This document shows, in pieces, positions 37,870-47,648 of a stretch of DNA of 64,000 nucleotides. The stretch lies in the NCBI GenBank assembly GCA_963667725.2, contig CAXXHO010000003.1, positions 2,144,001 through 2,208,000 of the forward strand. The letters are read 5' to 3'. The notes beneath the pieces are model-generated. The model saw only the letters and a list, made by a program, of their open reading frames with translations. It was not told where the DNA came from and searched no databases. The translations under genes were made by a program, and so were the position numbers. Numbering within the stretch: the first letter of the stretch is position 1; every line of letters starts with the position of its first letter. The DNA comes from Treponemataceae bacterium (lineage in GTDB: Bacteria; Spirochaetota; Spirochaetia; Treponematales; Rectinemataceae).

Positions 37870-38924
37870 GCGACTCCGGCACGGGATTCGTCGAGACGAC
37901 AAGACTAACAAAGTTGAGCGGCCCCATAAAGTTGGCCGATTTCCTTCTTCGATGGGAATCGATGCTCTTCCTCATTTTTATCTTCGTGTTCGCGGGCAAC
38001 TCTCTTCTCTCCCCCTATTTCCTCGATCCGGTGAACCTCTTCGACACGACCTTCAACTTCATGGAAAAGGCCGTGATGTCGCTGCCGATGATGTTCGTCA
38101 TCCTTCTCGGCGACATAGACATATCCGTATCGTCCATCATTTCCCTCTCGAGCCTCTTCATGGGCATGGCGAGCGCGGGCGGCGCCGACACCCCCACCAT
38201 CGTGGCCATAGGCCTGGGCGTCGGCCTTCTCGCTGGCCTCTTCAACGGCCTCCTCATCACAAAGCTCGCCATTCCCTCCATCGCCGTGACCCTTGGCTCT
38301 TCCTCCCTCTTCAGGGGGATAGCGAACGCGGTGCTGGGCGACCAGGCCTACACGAAATACCCCGCGAGTTTCGCCTATTTCGGCCAGGGCTACCTGGGCA
38401 AAAGCCTCGTGCCCTTCGAACTCCTCGTCTTCCTCGTGGCGGCAGTCTTCTGCGGCATCATCCTCAACAAAACGGTCTACGGCCGCCACGTCTACGCGGT
38501 AGGCAACAACAAGACGGCGGCGCGCTTCTCGGGCGTCCCCGTCGACAAGGTCAGGATGATAGCCTTCGCCGCGAGCGGGCTCGCGGCCGGCATCGCCGCC
38601 GTCATGCTCACCTCGCGCATCGGCTCGACGCGGCCCAATATAGCCTCGGGCTGGGATACGGACGTGATCACTATCGTCGTCCTCGGTGGCATCGCCATCA
38701 CGGGCGGCAAGGGCAACATCGCCGGCGTCATAATCTCGAATTTCCTCCTCGGCTACATGAAATTCGGCATGGGCGTCTTGAATGTGCCCGGAAAAGTGAT
38801 GAATATAATCACGGGCGTCCTTCTGGTCGTCGCTATCCTCCTGCCCAAGTTCACCGACGGACTTAGGGCTTCCTTGAGGGCGGGACGGGCGAAATCCGGG
38901 GCGCGAAGCGGAGTAAAACGATGA
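37866..38924 (+). CDS. rhaQ: Sugar ABC permease
   Basis: ATG 37866 overlaps the upstream stop; LLRWES, DIDISV, YAVGNN..AA.FSG, IVVLGG. Confidence 0.88.
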   Translation: MSDSGTGFVETTRLTKLSGPIKLADFLLRWESMLFLIFIFVFAGNSLLSPYFLDPVNLFDTTFNFMEKAVMSLPMMFVILLGDIDISVSSIISLSSLFMGMASAGGADTPTIVAIGLGVGLLAGLFNGLLITKLAIPSIAVTLGSSSLFRGIANAVLGDQAYTKYPASFAYFGQGYLGKSLVPFELLVFLVAAVFCGIILNKTVYGRHVYAVGNNKTAARFSGVPVDKVRMIAFAASGLAAGIAAVMLTSRIGSTRPNIASGWDTDVITIVVLGGIAITGGKGNIAGVIISNFLLGYMKFGMGVLNVPGKVMNIITGVLLVVAILLPKFTDGLRASLRAGRAKSGARSGVKR

Positions 38925-40189
38925 ACAGGAAGAACGACAAAGCGACCTTTGAAAACGCCGTCGAGCAATACGGGGAACTGGGTGTCGACGCGGAAGCGGC
39001 TCTTGTCGCCGCCGCCGCCCTTCCCCTCTCCCTCCACTGCTGGCAGGGCGACGACGTGGGCGGCTTCGAGCGCGCCGGCGCCTCCCTCGACGGCGGCGGC
39101 ATACAGGTGACGGGCAACTTTCCGGGCAAGGCGCGGAACATAGGCGAACTGCGGGCCGACATCGACGAGATGCGCGCCCTGGTGCCAGGCGCCTTGCGAC
39201 TCTCCCTCCACGCGATCTACGGGGAATTCGGCGGCAAGGCCATCGACCGCGACGCCCTCGAACCTGCCCATTTCTCAGGCTGGATGGACTGGGCCAAGTC
39301 CCGGAACCTTCCCCTCGACTTCAATCCCACTTTATTTTCCCATCCGCTGGCGGCTTCGGGATGGACCCTCTGCAGCCCTGAATCTTCCGTGCGCGATTTC
39401 TGGGTCGAGCACGCGAAGCGCTCCCGGCGCGTCGCCGCGTCCATGGGAGCCGCCCAGGGCTCGCCTTGCGTCAACAACACCTGGATTCCCGACGGCTCCA
39501 AGGACAAGACAGCCTCGCGCGGAGACTACAGGGCAAGGCTCGTCGAGTCGCTCGACCGCGTCTATGAGGAAAAAATTTCCGCCAGCCTCGTGGAGGATGC
39601 CGTCGAGGGCAAACTCTTTGGCATCGGAGCCGAATACTTCACCCCCGGCTCCCACGACTTCTACCTCGGCTACGCCGCCACGCGCCGGATATTCCTCACC
39701 ATGGACATGGGGCATTTCCATCCGACGGAAAGCGTGGCCGACAAGGTCTCGGCCGTCCTGCCCTTTGTTCCCGGCCTCCTCATCCACCTTTCCCGCCCCG
39801 TGCGCTGGGACTCGGATCACGTCCTCGTCAACGGGGACGAGCTGGCCGAAGTGGCCGAAGAAGTAGTCCGCTCCGGCCGCCTCGACCGGATCAGGCTCGG
39901 TCTCGATTACTTCGACGCCTCCATCAACCGCATCGGCGCCTGGGCCATAGGGGCGCGGGCGGCGCGCAAAGCCTTCCTCAAGGCCTTCCTTGAGCCGCGC
40001 GGGATGCTGGCCGCCGCCGAGGCTCGCGGCGACGGATTCGCGCGCCTCGCTCTCTTCGAGGAGGAACGTGGCCTGCCCTGGGGAGCCGTCTGGGATGAAT
40101 TCTGCCGGCGCGCCGACAAGCCCGCCGACCGTGAATTCTCAGGCGAAGTGGCTTCATATTCGAAGACCGTTCTCGCGTCGAGGAGCTGA
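38921..40189 (+). CDS. rhaA: L-rhamnose isomerase
   Basis: LSLHCWQGDDV.GFE, DFNPTLFSHP, WIPDG.KD, VEGKLFGIG.E, GHFHPTE, RPVRWDSDHV, LDYFDASINR. Confidence 0.95.
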   Translation: MNRKNDKATFENAVEQYGELGVDAEAALVAAAALPLSLHCWQGDDVGGFERAGASLDGGGIQVTGNFPGKARNIGELRADIDEMRALVPGALRLSLHAIYGEFGGKAIDRDALEPAHFSGWMDWAKSRNLPLDFNPTLFSHPLAASGWTLCSPESSVRDFWVEHAKRSRRVAASMGAAQGSPCVNNTWIPDGSKDKTASRGDYRARLVESLDRVYEEKISASLVEDAVEGKLFGIGAEYFTPGSHDFYLGYAATRRIFLTMDMGHFHPTESVADKVSAVLPFVPGLLIHLSRPVRWDSDHVLVNGDELAEVAEEVVRSGRLDRIRLGLDYFDASINRIGAWAIGARAARKAFLKAFLEPRGMLAAAEARGDGFARLALFEEERGLPWGAVWDEFCRRADKPADREFSGEVASYSKTVLASRS

Positions 40190-40194
40190 GCGTC

Positions 40195-41427
40195 ATGGCC
40201 GACACCAAAAATAATTCCCCGAACGAAAACAGGGCCGCCGCTCGAGCGGCGGCCCTCGCGCGCCTCGTCCTCATCTCGAGACGCTTCGGCGGCGACTCGG
40301 CCTGGGTCCTCGCCGGCGGCGGCAACACTTCCTGGAAGACGGCCGACAGGCTCTACGTGAAGGCTTCTGGCTTCGCCCTCGGCTCCATCGACGAATCGGG
40401 CTTCTGCGAAATGGACCGCGCCCGCCTCGACGCCATATGGGAAAAGACCTACCCGGCCGACAGCGCCGCCCGCGAGAAGGAAGCCCTCGCCGACCTCATG
40501 GCCGCCAGGGTTCCCGGCGAGACGAAACGCCCCTCGGTGGAAACACTTCTCCACGGATTTTTTCCGCAGGCATTTGTCGTGCATACCCATCCGGCCATCG
40601 TCAACGGCCTCACCTGCGGCCAAGGCGGCGAGGCTGCCTTCCGGCGCCTTTTCGGCGACGAGGGCATCTGGGTACCCCTGGTCGATCCCGGCTACATCCT
40701 CGCGAAAACCGTGAGCGGCATTTTCGCCGAATTTAAAAGTAAGAAAGGCAGGGCGCCGGCCTTCATGTTCATGCAGAACCACGGCCTTCTGGTTGCGGGC
40801 GAAAGCCCGGAAGAGGTGGAAGCCCTATCGGATTCGATCATCGCGAAACTCAAGGCCGAAATCGCGGGCCGAAGGCCGAGCGCCGGTGCCGCCGCGAATG
40901 CCGAGCCCGACGAAAGAGCCGTGGCCGCTGACTTAGCCGCCGACGCAGCCGCTGACGCGGGCGCCGTCGCCGGATTCCAGGCCGCCCTGGGCGCCCTCGC
41001 TGGCGCCGACGCCGCCATACTGCACCGCGCCGACAGGATGATTGTGGGATTCGCCGCCTCGGCCGCGGCTTTCGCGCCGCTCTCCCAGCCCTTCAGCCCC
41101 GACCACATCGTCTACGCCGGCCACGAATACCTGCGGGTCGACGAGGTCGAGGCACTCCAGCCCGCCTGGGCCGACTATCTGAAACGGAACGGCAAGGCAC
41201 CGCGCATCGTCCTCGCCAAGAACATCGGAGCGTTCGCGATCGGCCAGGGCTCGCGCGAAGCGGCCGCCCAAGCCGCGTCACGCGCACTCGAACTCTTCGT
41301 GGATTCCTGCAAGGTGGCCATCTACAGCCTAGCTTTCGGCGGCCCCCGCCCCATGAGCCCCGAATCTGTCGCCTTCATAAGGAATTGGGAAGTCGAAAGC
41401 TATCGATCATCGATCGCGGCGCGCTGA
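40195..41427 (+). CDS. Class II aldolase (probable rhamnulose-1-phosphate aldolase)
   Basis: GGGNTS.K, VKASG, RPSVET.LH, HTHP, NHG, PDHIVY, WEVE.YR; located in the rha operon. Confidence 0.8.
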   Translation: MADTKNNSPNENRAAARAAALARLVLISRRFGGDSAWVLAGGGNTSWKTADRLYVKASGFALGSIDESGFCEMDRARLDAIWEKTYPADSAAREKEALADLMAARVPGETKRPSVETLLHGFFPQAFVVHTHPAIVNGLTCGQGGEAAFRRLFGDEGIWVPLVDPGYILAKTVSGIFAEFKSKKGRAPAFMFMQNHGLLVAGESPEEVEALSDSIIAKLKAEIAGRRPSAGAAANAEPDERAVAADLAADAAADAGAVAGFQAALGALAGADAAILHRADRMIVGFAASAAAFAPLSQPFSPDHIVYAGHEYLRVDEVEALQPAWADYLKRNGKAPRIVLAKNIGAFAIGQGSREAAAQAASRALELFVDSCKVAIYSLAFGGPRPMSPESVAFIRNWEVESYRSSIAAR

Positions 41428-41465
41428 ATGGCGCCCCGCGGCATAACGGTATACAGGAGAAAAGC

Positions 41466-41780
41466 ATGGAACGCAAAGCATTCGTCATGAAACTGAAACC
41501 GGGATACGAAGCCGAATATAAACGCCGCCACGATGCCATCTGGCCGGAAATGCTGGCCGAGCTCAAGGCCGCGGGCATATCCGATTATTCCATCTATCTC
41601 GACCCGGAGAGCCATTTCCTCTTCGCCGTCCAGACCCGCGCCGACAATTCCACCGCCAACGACCTCCCCGGCAAGGCTATCGTGCGGAAGTGGTGGGACT
41701 ACATGGGCGACATAATGGAGACGAATCCCGACCATTCTCCGGTATCGAAATCCCTCTCTCCCGTATTTCATATGGATTGA
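41466..41780 (+). CDS. rhaM: L-rhamnose mutarotase
   Basis: AF.MKLKPG...EY.RRH..IWPE, YSIYLD, KWW.YM.DIM.TN.D.SP; AGGAG SD. Confidence 0.94.
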   Translation: MERKAFVMKLKPGYEAEYKRRHDAIWPEMLAELKAAGISDYSIYLDPESHFLFAVQTRADNSTANDLPGKAIVRKWWDYMGDIMETNPDHSPVSKSLSPVFHMD

Positions 41781-41885
41781 GGCGGTTTTCCGCTTCCGCA
41801 AAGCGCGGCGACGCCCTATAATCCAGAAGAAGAGCGAGGCCGCCGGTTCCCTACGACAAAACCACAAGCGGCCAAGGAGACACAG

Positions 41886-43097
41886 ATGAAAAGCTTCCGC
41901 ATCCTCATCCTGGCGGCGCTGATCGCCGTCCTAAGCATGCCGGCCTTTGCCCAAGCGGCGCCTTCGGCGGCCCCCAAGGCAGCCGGATCGAACCTTACCA
42001 TAGGCCTCGTCATGGTCGGTCCCTACAACGACCGCGGCTGGAGCCAGGCCAATTACGACGGCATGCAGTATGTCCTCGCCAAGGTACCGGGCACCAAACT
42101 CGTCTACATCGACAAGGCCAACTCCGCCGACAGGCCGGGCACCACGGTGTCCCAGCTCGCGGAAAGCCTCGTGGCGCAGGGCGCCAAGCTCATCTGCTTC
42201 TCCTCTGACGACATGATGGACGAAGCGGTCAAATTCGCTTCCGCCCATCCCGATATCTTCGTCATCATGACCACGGGCGATCAGCAGTGGAAGGAAGGCA
42301 AGGCCTATAAGCCCATGGCCAACATGATCAACATCATGGGCAAGATGGAATACATGAAGATGGCAGCCGGCGTCGCCGCCGCCCTCACCACCAAGACTGG
42401 CCAGATCGGCTTCCTCGGCCCCCTCATCAACGATGAGACGAGGCGCCTGGCCGCTTCCGCCTACCTCGGCGCCAAGTACGCCTGGGTCAACTATCTCAAG
42501 AAAGATCCCGCCCAGCTTAAGTTCCGCGTCACCTGGATCGGTTTCTGGTTCAATATCCCCGGCGTCACCGCCGACCCCACCCAGGTGGCCGACGAGTTCT
42601 TCAATTCGGGCTGCGACGTCGTCATCTCGGGCATCGACACCACGGAAGCCGTGGCCGAAGCCGCCAAGTTCACCGCCCAGGGCAAGCAGGTATGGGCCAT
42701 CCCCTACGACTATTCCAAGGCCATGGACGAGGGCAAGGGCGTTTCCCTCGGCGTTCCCTATTTCAACTGGGGTCCCGCCTATGTCAAGGCCGTGAAAGAA
42801 GCCATGGCAGGAACCTGGAAAGCCCACTTCGAGTGGAACAGCCCGGACTGGAAAAACATCAACAATCCCGACACCTCGGCCGTGGGCTTCAACAAGGGCG
42901 CCCTCAGCAAGACCGCTTCCGACGGCGTCGACAAGTTCGTAGGCGAACTCGCCAAGGGCCTGAACCTCTGGAGCGGGCCGCTGAACCTTCAGGACGGATC
43001 CGTCTATCTCAAGAAAGGCCAGAAGGCCACTGACCAGCAGATATGGTATCTGCCCCAGCTTCTCGAAGGCATGACGGGACAGAGCGTTTCCAAGTAA
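41886..43097 (+). CDS. BMP/PnrA-family ABC substrate-binding protein (probably nucleosides)
   Basis: VGPYND.GWSQA.YDG, GFLGP, WIGFWF, FNWGP.Y; cleavable signal peptide AFA-Q. Confidence 0.85.
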   Translation: MKSFRILILAALIAVLSMPAFAQAAPSAAPKAAGSNLTIGLVMVGPYNDRGWSQANYDGMQYVLAKVPGTKLVYIDKANSADRPGTTVSQLAESLVAQGAKLICFSSDDMMDEAVKFASAHPDIFVIMTTGDQQWKEGKAYKPMANMINIMGKMEYMKMAAGVAAALTTKTGQIGFLGPLINDETRRLAASAYLGAKYAWVNYLKKDPAQLKFRVTWIGFWFNIPGVTADPTQVADEFFNSGCDVVISGIDTTEAVAEAAKFTAQGKQVWAIPYDYSKAMDEGKGVSLGVPYFNWGPAYVKAVKEAMAGTWKAHFEWNSPDWKNINNPDTSAVGFNKGALSKTASDGVDKFVGELAKGLNLWSGPLNLQDGSVYLKKGQKATDQQIWYLPQLLEGMTGQSVSK

Positions 43098-43119
43098 CGA
43101 AAGGATAGAGCGAAACAGA

Positions 43120-43170
43120 GGCAGCTCGAGGGATCGAAAGGTTTCCTCGGGCTGCCATATTTATTTTTTT
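43120..43170 (+). terminator. Terminator/attenuator-like hairpin between the binding-protein and ATPase genes
   Basis: GGCAGCTCGAGGGATC-GAAA-GGTTTCCTCGGGCTGCC followed by a T-rich run. Confidence 0.65.
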
Positions 43171-43182
43171 CAAAGGTGCCCA

Positions 43183-44679
43183 ATGACGATTGAACTGCGC
43201 GGCATAACCAAAACCTTCGGCGCCCTCAAGGCCAACGACACGATTTCGCTGACCATTCCCCCCGGCAGCATCCAGGGCATCCTGGGCGAGAACGGGGCCG
43301 GAAAAAGCACGCTGATGAAGATATTTTCGGGCTTTCTACGCCCCGACTCGGGCGAAATACTCTTCGACGGACGGATCCTGCGCATCGACTCCCCCGATGA
43401 CGCGATAAAGAACGGCATCGGAATGCTCCACCAGGACCCCCTCGACTTTCCTCCCTTCAGGATCATCGACGATTTCCTCCTCGGAAGCCCTGGAGGCCTC
43501 GTGCCGAATCGCCGCAGGGCGCTCGCCGACTTCTCCGCCCTCTCGGCCCGTTTCGATTTCAGCCTCTCCCCCGACGCCCGCGTCGCCTCCCTCACGGTCG
43601 GCGAGCGCCAGCAGCTCGAGATACTGCGCCTTCTCTGGCTGGGCGCCAGGGTCCTCATCCTGGACGAACCCACGACAGGCATAAGCCAGACGCAGAAGGA
43701 AAAGCTATTCGCGGCCCTGCGCAAGCTCGCTTCCGAGGGCATGACGGTTTTTTTCGTCTCCCACAAACTCGAGGATGTGGAAGCTCTCTGCTCGAGGGCC
43801 GCCATCCTCAGGCAGGGAGCCCTTGTCGGCGCCGTGGAAGCCCCCTTCGACAAGGCGGCCCTTGTGCGCATGATGTTCGGCAAGGAAGTGGAGCTCGCAC
43901 CCAAGTCCAGGACAGCCCCGGGGAGGAAAGTGCTCACCGTCAAGACCGGTTCCGTGGACTCCATCCGCCTCAGGATCAAGGACGTGAACCTCGAGGTCAG
44001 GGCGGGAGAAATCATCGGCATCGCCGGCATGGAAGGCTCGGGCCAGGATCTCTTCCTGAGAGCCTGCGGAGGCCTCGTAGAGCCCGCGGGCGGGCAGTTC
44101 TGCCTCGATGAGGACGAACGACCGATGAACGGCAAAACCTACCACGACTACAAGCGGATGGGCGTCGCCTACCTGCCCGCGGCGCGGCTCGAGAAGGGCC
44201 TCGTGCCAGGCCTGACCCTCTCCGAGCACTTTATTTTGTCCACAAAGATGGGCGGAGCCTTCATAGACCGGCAGGCCGCCGGCGCCCTGTCGGAAGCGCG
44301 CATTTCGGCCTTCAACATAAAGGGCAGGCCCGACAGCCCCGTGGAATCCCTCTCCGGAGGCAATCAGCAGAGGGCCTTGCTCTCCCTTCTTCCGGAAACC
44401 GCCAGCCTCATCCTCGTGGAGCATCCCACGAGGGGCCTAGACATCGAATCCACCATCTATATCTGGGGCAAGCTGAAAGAGCGCTGCTCATCGGGCACGG
44501 CCATCCTTTTCCTGTCCTCTGATCTCGACGAAATTCTCCAGTACAGCGACAAGGTCCTCGTCTTCTTCGCGGGCAAGGTCTCTCCCGCCATAGACTCAAA
44601 ATCGCTCAACGTCCAGAAGTTGGGCGAGCTTATCGGCGGCGTCGGCTGGGAATCATTCGAGGAGGCGAGCCATGCGTGA
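43183..44679 (+). CDS. ABC transporter ATP-binding protein (CUT2/nucleoside type)
   Basis: KAND.I, GENGAGKST, LTVGERQ, LDEPT, LSGGNQQR, PTRGLD. Confidence 0.9.
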   Translation: MTIELRGITKTFGALKANDTISLTIPPGSIQGILGENGAGKSTLMKIFSGFLRPDSGEILFDGRILRIDSPDDAIKNGIGMLHQDPLDFPPFRIIDDFLLGSPGGLVPNRRRALADFSALSARFDFSLSPDARVASLTVGERQQLEILRLLWLGARVLILDEPTTGISQTQKEKLFAALRKLASEGMTVFFVSHKLEDVEALCSRAAILRQGALVGAVEAPFDKAALVRMMFGKEVELAPKSRTAPGRKVLTVKTGSVDSIRLRIKDVNLEVRAGEIIGIAGMEGSGQDLFLRACGGLVEPAGGQFCLDEDERPMNGKTYHDYKRMGVAYLPAARLEKGLVPGLTLSEHFILSTKMGGAFIDRQAAGALSEARISAFNIKGRPDSPVESLSGGNQQRALLSLLPETASLILVEHPTRGLDIESTIYIWGKLKERCSSGTAILFLSSDLDEILQYSDKVLVFFAGKVSPAIDSKSLNVQKLGELIGGVGWESFEEASHA

Positions 44680-45721
44680 CGACAAAGGCACGAAACTGGC
44701 CTTCGGCGCGGGATCAGTCTTCCTCGCGCTTCTTTTAACGTCGGCCATCGTCGCCCTGACGGGCAACGATCCCCTCCAGGCATACGGGAACATCATCCAG
44801 GGAGCGGTCGGATCGCCCAACGTGGCGGCCAACGTTTTCGTCTCCTGGGTGCCCCTCATCCTCGCCACGGCGGGACTTCTCTTCACCTTCACCGGAGGCC
44901 TGTGGAACATCGGCATCGAAGGGCAGATAACCCTGGGCGCCATATTCTGCACCTGGGCGATGCGCGTCCTTCAGGGCACGGCTCTCCCGCCTGGCGCTGT
45001 CATCGCGCTTTCCGTCGCCGCGGGCATGCTGGGCGGCCTCCTATGGGCTCTCCTCGCCGGCGTCCTCAAGACCTTCGGCGGCGTGAACGAGATATTCGGA
45101 GGCCTCGGGCTCAACTTCGTGGCCACGGCCCTCAACCTCTGGCTCATCTTCGGGCCATGGAAACGCCCCGGCGTCGCTTCCATGTCGGGCACCCTCCCCT
45201 TCGAGCCGGAACTTTGGATGCCGACACTCTCGGCCCAATCAAGGCTTGCCCCGATACCGCTTGCCATAGCCGCGGTCACCATCGTCATCGCCCTGGTACT
45301 GCTGAGGGGCAGCTATTTCGGCCTCAAGCTCAAGGCAGTGGGAAAAAACCCGAAATCTGCATACCTCCTCGGCATACCCACTTGGCAGCACATGCTCCTC
45401 TCCTTCGCCCTCTGCGGCGCCTTCGCCGGCCTCGCCGGGGCCGTCCAGGTGACTTCGGTCTACCACCGCCTCATCCCTTCGATTTCGAGCGGCTACGGCT
45501 ACACGGGCCTCATGGTGGCCATGCTCGTCAACTTCAGCCCCGTATGGGCCGGCCCCGTCGCCCTCTTCTTCGCCGCCCTCACCGTGGGCTCGATACAGCT
45601 ACCCATCGTGCTCAAGCTCGATTCGTCCCTCGCGGGCGTGATACAGGGCTTCCTCGTCCTCTTCGTCCTCATCGGCAACGGCCTGAGGATGAAGTTCCAG
45701 AAAAAGAGAGGGAATCCATGA
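44672..45721 (+). CDS. Nucleoside-type ABC permease
   Basis: WNIGIEGQ, GVNEI, AVG.NP..A..LG, GYGYTGL.VA. Confidence 0.88.
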   Translation: MRDDKGTKLAFGAGSVFLALLLTSAIVALTGNDPLQAYGNIIQGAVGSPNVAANVFVSWVPLILATAGLLFTFTGGLWNIGIEGQITLGAIFCTWAMRVLQGTALPPGAVIALSVAAGMLGGLLWALLAGVLKTFGGVNEIFGGLGLNFVATALNLWLIFGPWKRPGVASMSGTLPFEPELWMPTLSAQSRLAPIPLAIAAVTIVIALVLLRGSYFGLKLKAVGKNPKSAYLLGIPTWQHMLLSFALCGAFAGLAGAVQVTSVYHRLIPSISSGYGYTGLMVAMLVNFSPVWAGPVALFFAALTVGSIQLPIVLKLDSSLAGVIQGFLVLFVLIGNGLRMKFQKKRGNP

Positions 45722-46719
45722 CCAACGACGCGCTGTTATTCGGCCTTTCCGGGGTGTTGAGCTCCTCGGCGCCCATCCTCTTCGGCGTCCTCGGCGAGAC
45801 CATCACCGAAAAAGCCGGCGTCTCGAACCTGGCGATGAACGGCATGATTCTCCTCTCGGCCATGGGCGGCTTCGCCGCCTCCCTCGCCACGGGCAGCCTC
45901 GCGCTGGGATTCCTCGCGGGAGCGGCTATCGGCGCGGCCGTAGCCCTCGTCGTCGCCTTCACGAGCATCACCCTCAAGCAGTCCCAGGTGGCCGTCGGCT
46001 ACGTCCTCGCCATGCTCTGCCGCGATCTCGCCTACTTCCTAGGCAACCCCATCATGGGAATGCCCGGCCCTCGCCTCAACCTCCTGCCCATACCGGGCCT
46101 GAGCTCCATCCCCGTGGTCGGCACCCTCTTCTTCCGCCACGACATCGTCACCTACTCGAGCTTCCTCCTCATCATCCTCTCCTGGTTCTACATGGAACGA
46201 ACGAAGCCCGGCATCATGCTGAAAGGCCTGGGGGAGAATCCCAAGGCGGCCTACGTGCGCGGGGCGAACGTCAACCGCCTGCGCTACGTCTACACGATCC
46301 TGGGCGGGGCGATAGCCGGCCTCGCCGGCCCCATCTATTCGCTCTCGGTGAAGGCGGGCTGGAAAGGCACGATTTCGGGCCTGGACGGCATAGGCTGGAT
46401 CATCCTCTCGATCACCATATTCGGCGGCTGGACGCCCTTCAGGGCCGCGATCGGGGCCTATTTCTTCTCGCTCCTGCAGTGGCTCGGCCTCGTCCTGCAG
46501 CCCCTCATGCCCAACGTCCCCTCACAGGTGCTGCAGGTGGCGCCCTTCCCCCTCATGATCCTCACCCTCCTCCTCGTCAACATCAGCAACGCCGAGTGGG
46601 TGGAGAGAACACTCTCGCGGCTGCCCGAATCCGTGCGACGCGACGTGGCGAAGGTTCTGATGGCGCTCAACGCCACGCCGCCCGCGGCGCTGGGCATGCC
46701 TTTCGATAAGGATGAGTAG
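45718..46719 (+). CDS. Nucleoside-type ABC permease
   Basis: ATG 45718 overlaps the upstream stop; GETITEKAGV.NL...GM, GENP.AA...G.NV, G.GWI. Confidence 0.88.
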   Translation: MTNDALLFGLSGVLSSSAPILFGVLGETITEKAGVSNLAMNGMILLSAMGGFAASLATGSLALGFLAGAAIGAAVALVVAFTSITLKQSQVAVGYVLAMLCRDLAYFLGNPIMGMPGPRLNLLPIPGLSSIPVVGTLFFRHDIVTYSSFLLIILSWFYMERTKPGIMLKGLGENPKAAYVRGANVNRLRYVYTILGGAIAGLAGPIYSLSVKAGWKGTISGLDGIGWIILSITIFGGWTPFRAAIGAYFFSLLQWLGLVLQPLMPNVPSQVLQVAPFPLMILTLLLVNISNAEWVERTLSRLPESVRRDVAKVLMALNATPPAALGMPFDKDE

Positions 46720-46745
46720 ATAAGAATTGCTGGAGAGGAGGAGCC

Positions 46746-47534
46746 GTGCGCGTAGCCCTGGTACAGAACCACCCCGTTTTCGGCGAGAAAAAGGCCAATG
46801 TGGAATCGCTCATCGCGCAGATGGAGTCAGCGCCGGTCGACCTCTACATTCTCCCCGAACTTTCCTACTCGGGCTACCAGTTCATTTCCGCGGAGGAAAC
46901 GGCCAGCCTCGCCGATCCGCTCAAGAGTAAGTCAATTAACGCGTTCAGGAAGGCAGCGCGACAACTTGACGCGGGCATCGTCTTCGGCTTTCCGGAAAAG
47001 GCCGCAGACGGCAGGCTCTACAACTCTTCCCTTGCCATCCTTCCCGACGGGCGGGAATACCTGTACCGGAAAACCCATCTTTTCTACAAGGAAAGACTCT
47101 TCTTCACGCCAGGCGATCTCGGCTTCACCTTTTTCGAATTCAGGGGAGCTAAGGTAGGCATGGCCATCTGCTTCGACTGGTTCTTCCCCGAGAGCTTCAG
47201 GACCCTGGCCCTCGCCGGCGCCGACATCATCGCCCACTGCTCCAACCTGGTGATGCCATCCTGCCAGCAGGCCGACTTTGCCCAAGCCCTCCAGAACCGC
47301 GTCTATATCGCCACGGCCAACCGCGTCGGCACCGAGGCTCGCGAAGCCGAAGCCCTCACCTTTACGGGAGAGTCGGTCCTCGTGTCGCCCAAGGGAGAGT
47401 ACCTCCTGCGCGGCCCCAAGACCGAGGAGGCCGTCCTCGTCGCCGATATCGACCCCAGCCTCGCGCGGAACAAGCGCATCAACGCCATGAACGACGTCTT
47501 CGCCGAACGCAGGCCGGAGTTCTACAATACCTGA
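46746..47534 (+). CDS. Carbon-nitrogen hydrolase (nitrilase superfamily amidase)
   Basis: Triad motifs LPEL, YRKTHL and ICFDWFFPE; ANRVG.E; C-terminal RRPE.Y. Confidence 0.9.
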   Translation: MRVALVQNHPVFGEKKANVESLIAQMESAPVDLYILPELSYSGYQFISAEETASLADPLKSKSINAFRKAARQLDAGIVFGFPEKAADGRLYNSSLAILPDGREYLYRKTHLFYKERLFFTPGDLGFTFFEFRGAKVGMAICFDWFFPESFRTLALAGADIIAHCSNLVMPSCQQADFAQALQNRVYIATANRVGTEAREAEALTFTGESVLVSPKGEYLLRGPKTEEAVLVADIDPSLARNKRINAMNDVFAERRPEFYNT

Positions 47535-47572
47535 TTCTTCAGTTTTGCCTGACTGAACACTCAAAATCACAC

Positions 47573-47618
47573 ATTAGGTCAAGATAATGTGATTTTTTTC
47601 ACATAATCTTGATCTAAT
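47573..47618. promoter_or_regulatory. Imperfect 20-bp inverted repeat upstream of the AAA gene
   Basis: ATTAGGTCAAGATAATGTGA-T6-TCACATAATCTTGATCTAAT (2 mismatches). Confidence 0.7.
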
Positions 47619-47648
47619 AGTGTATACTCTATAAAACAGGAGAACGGA

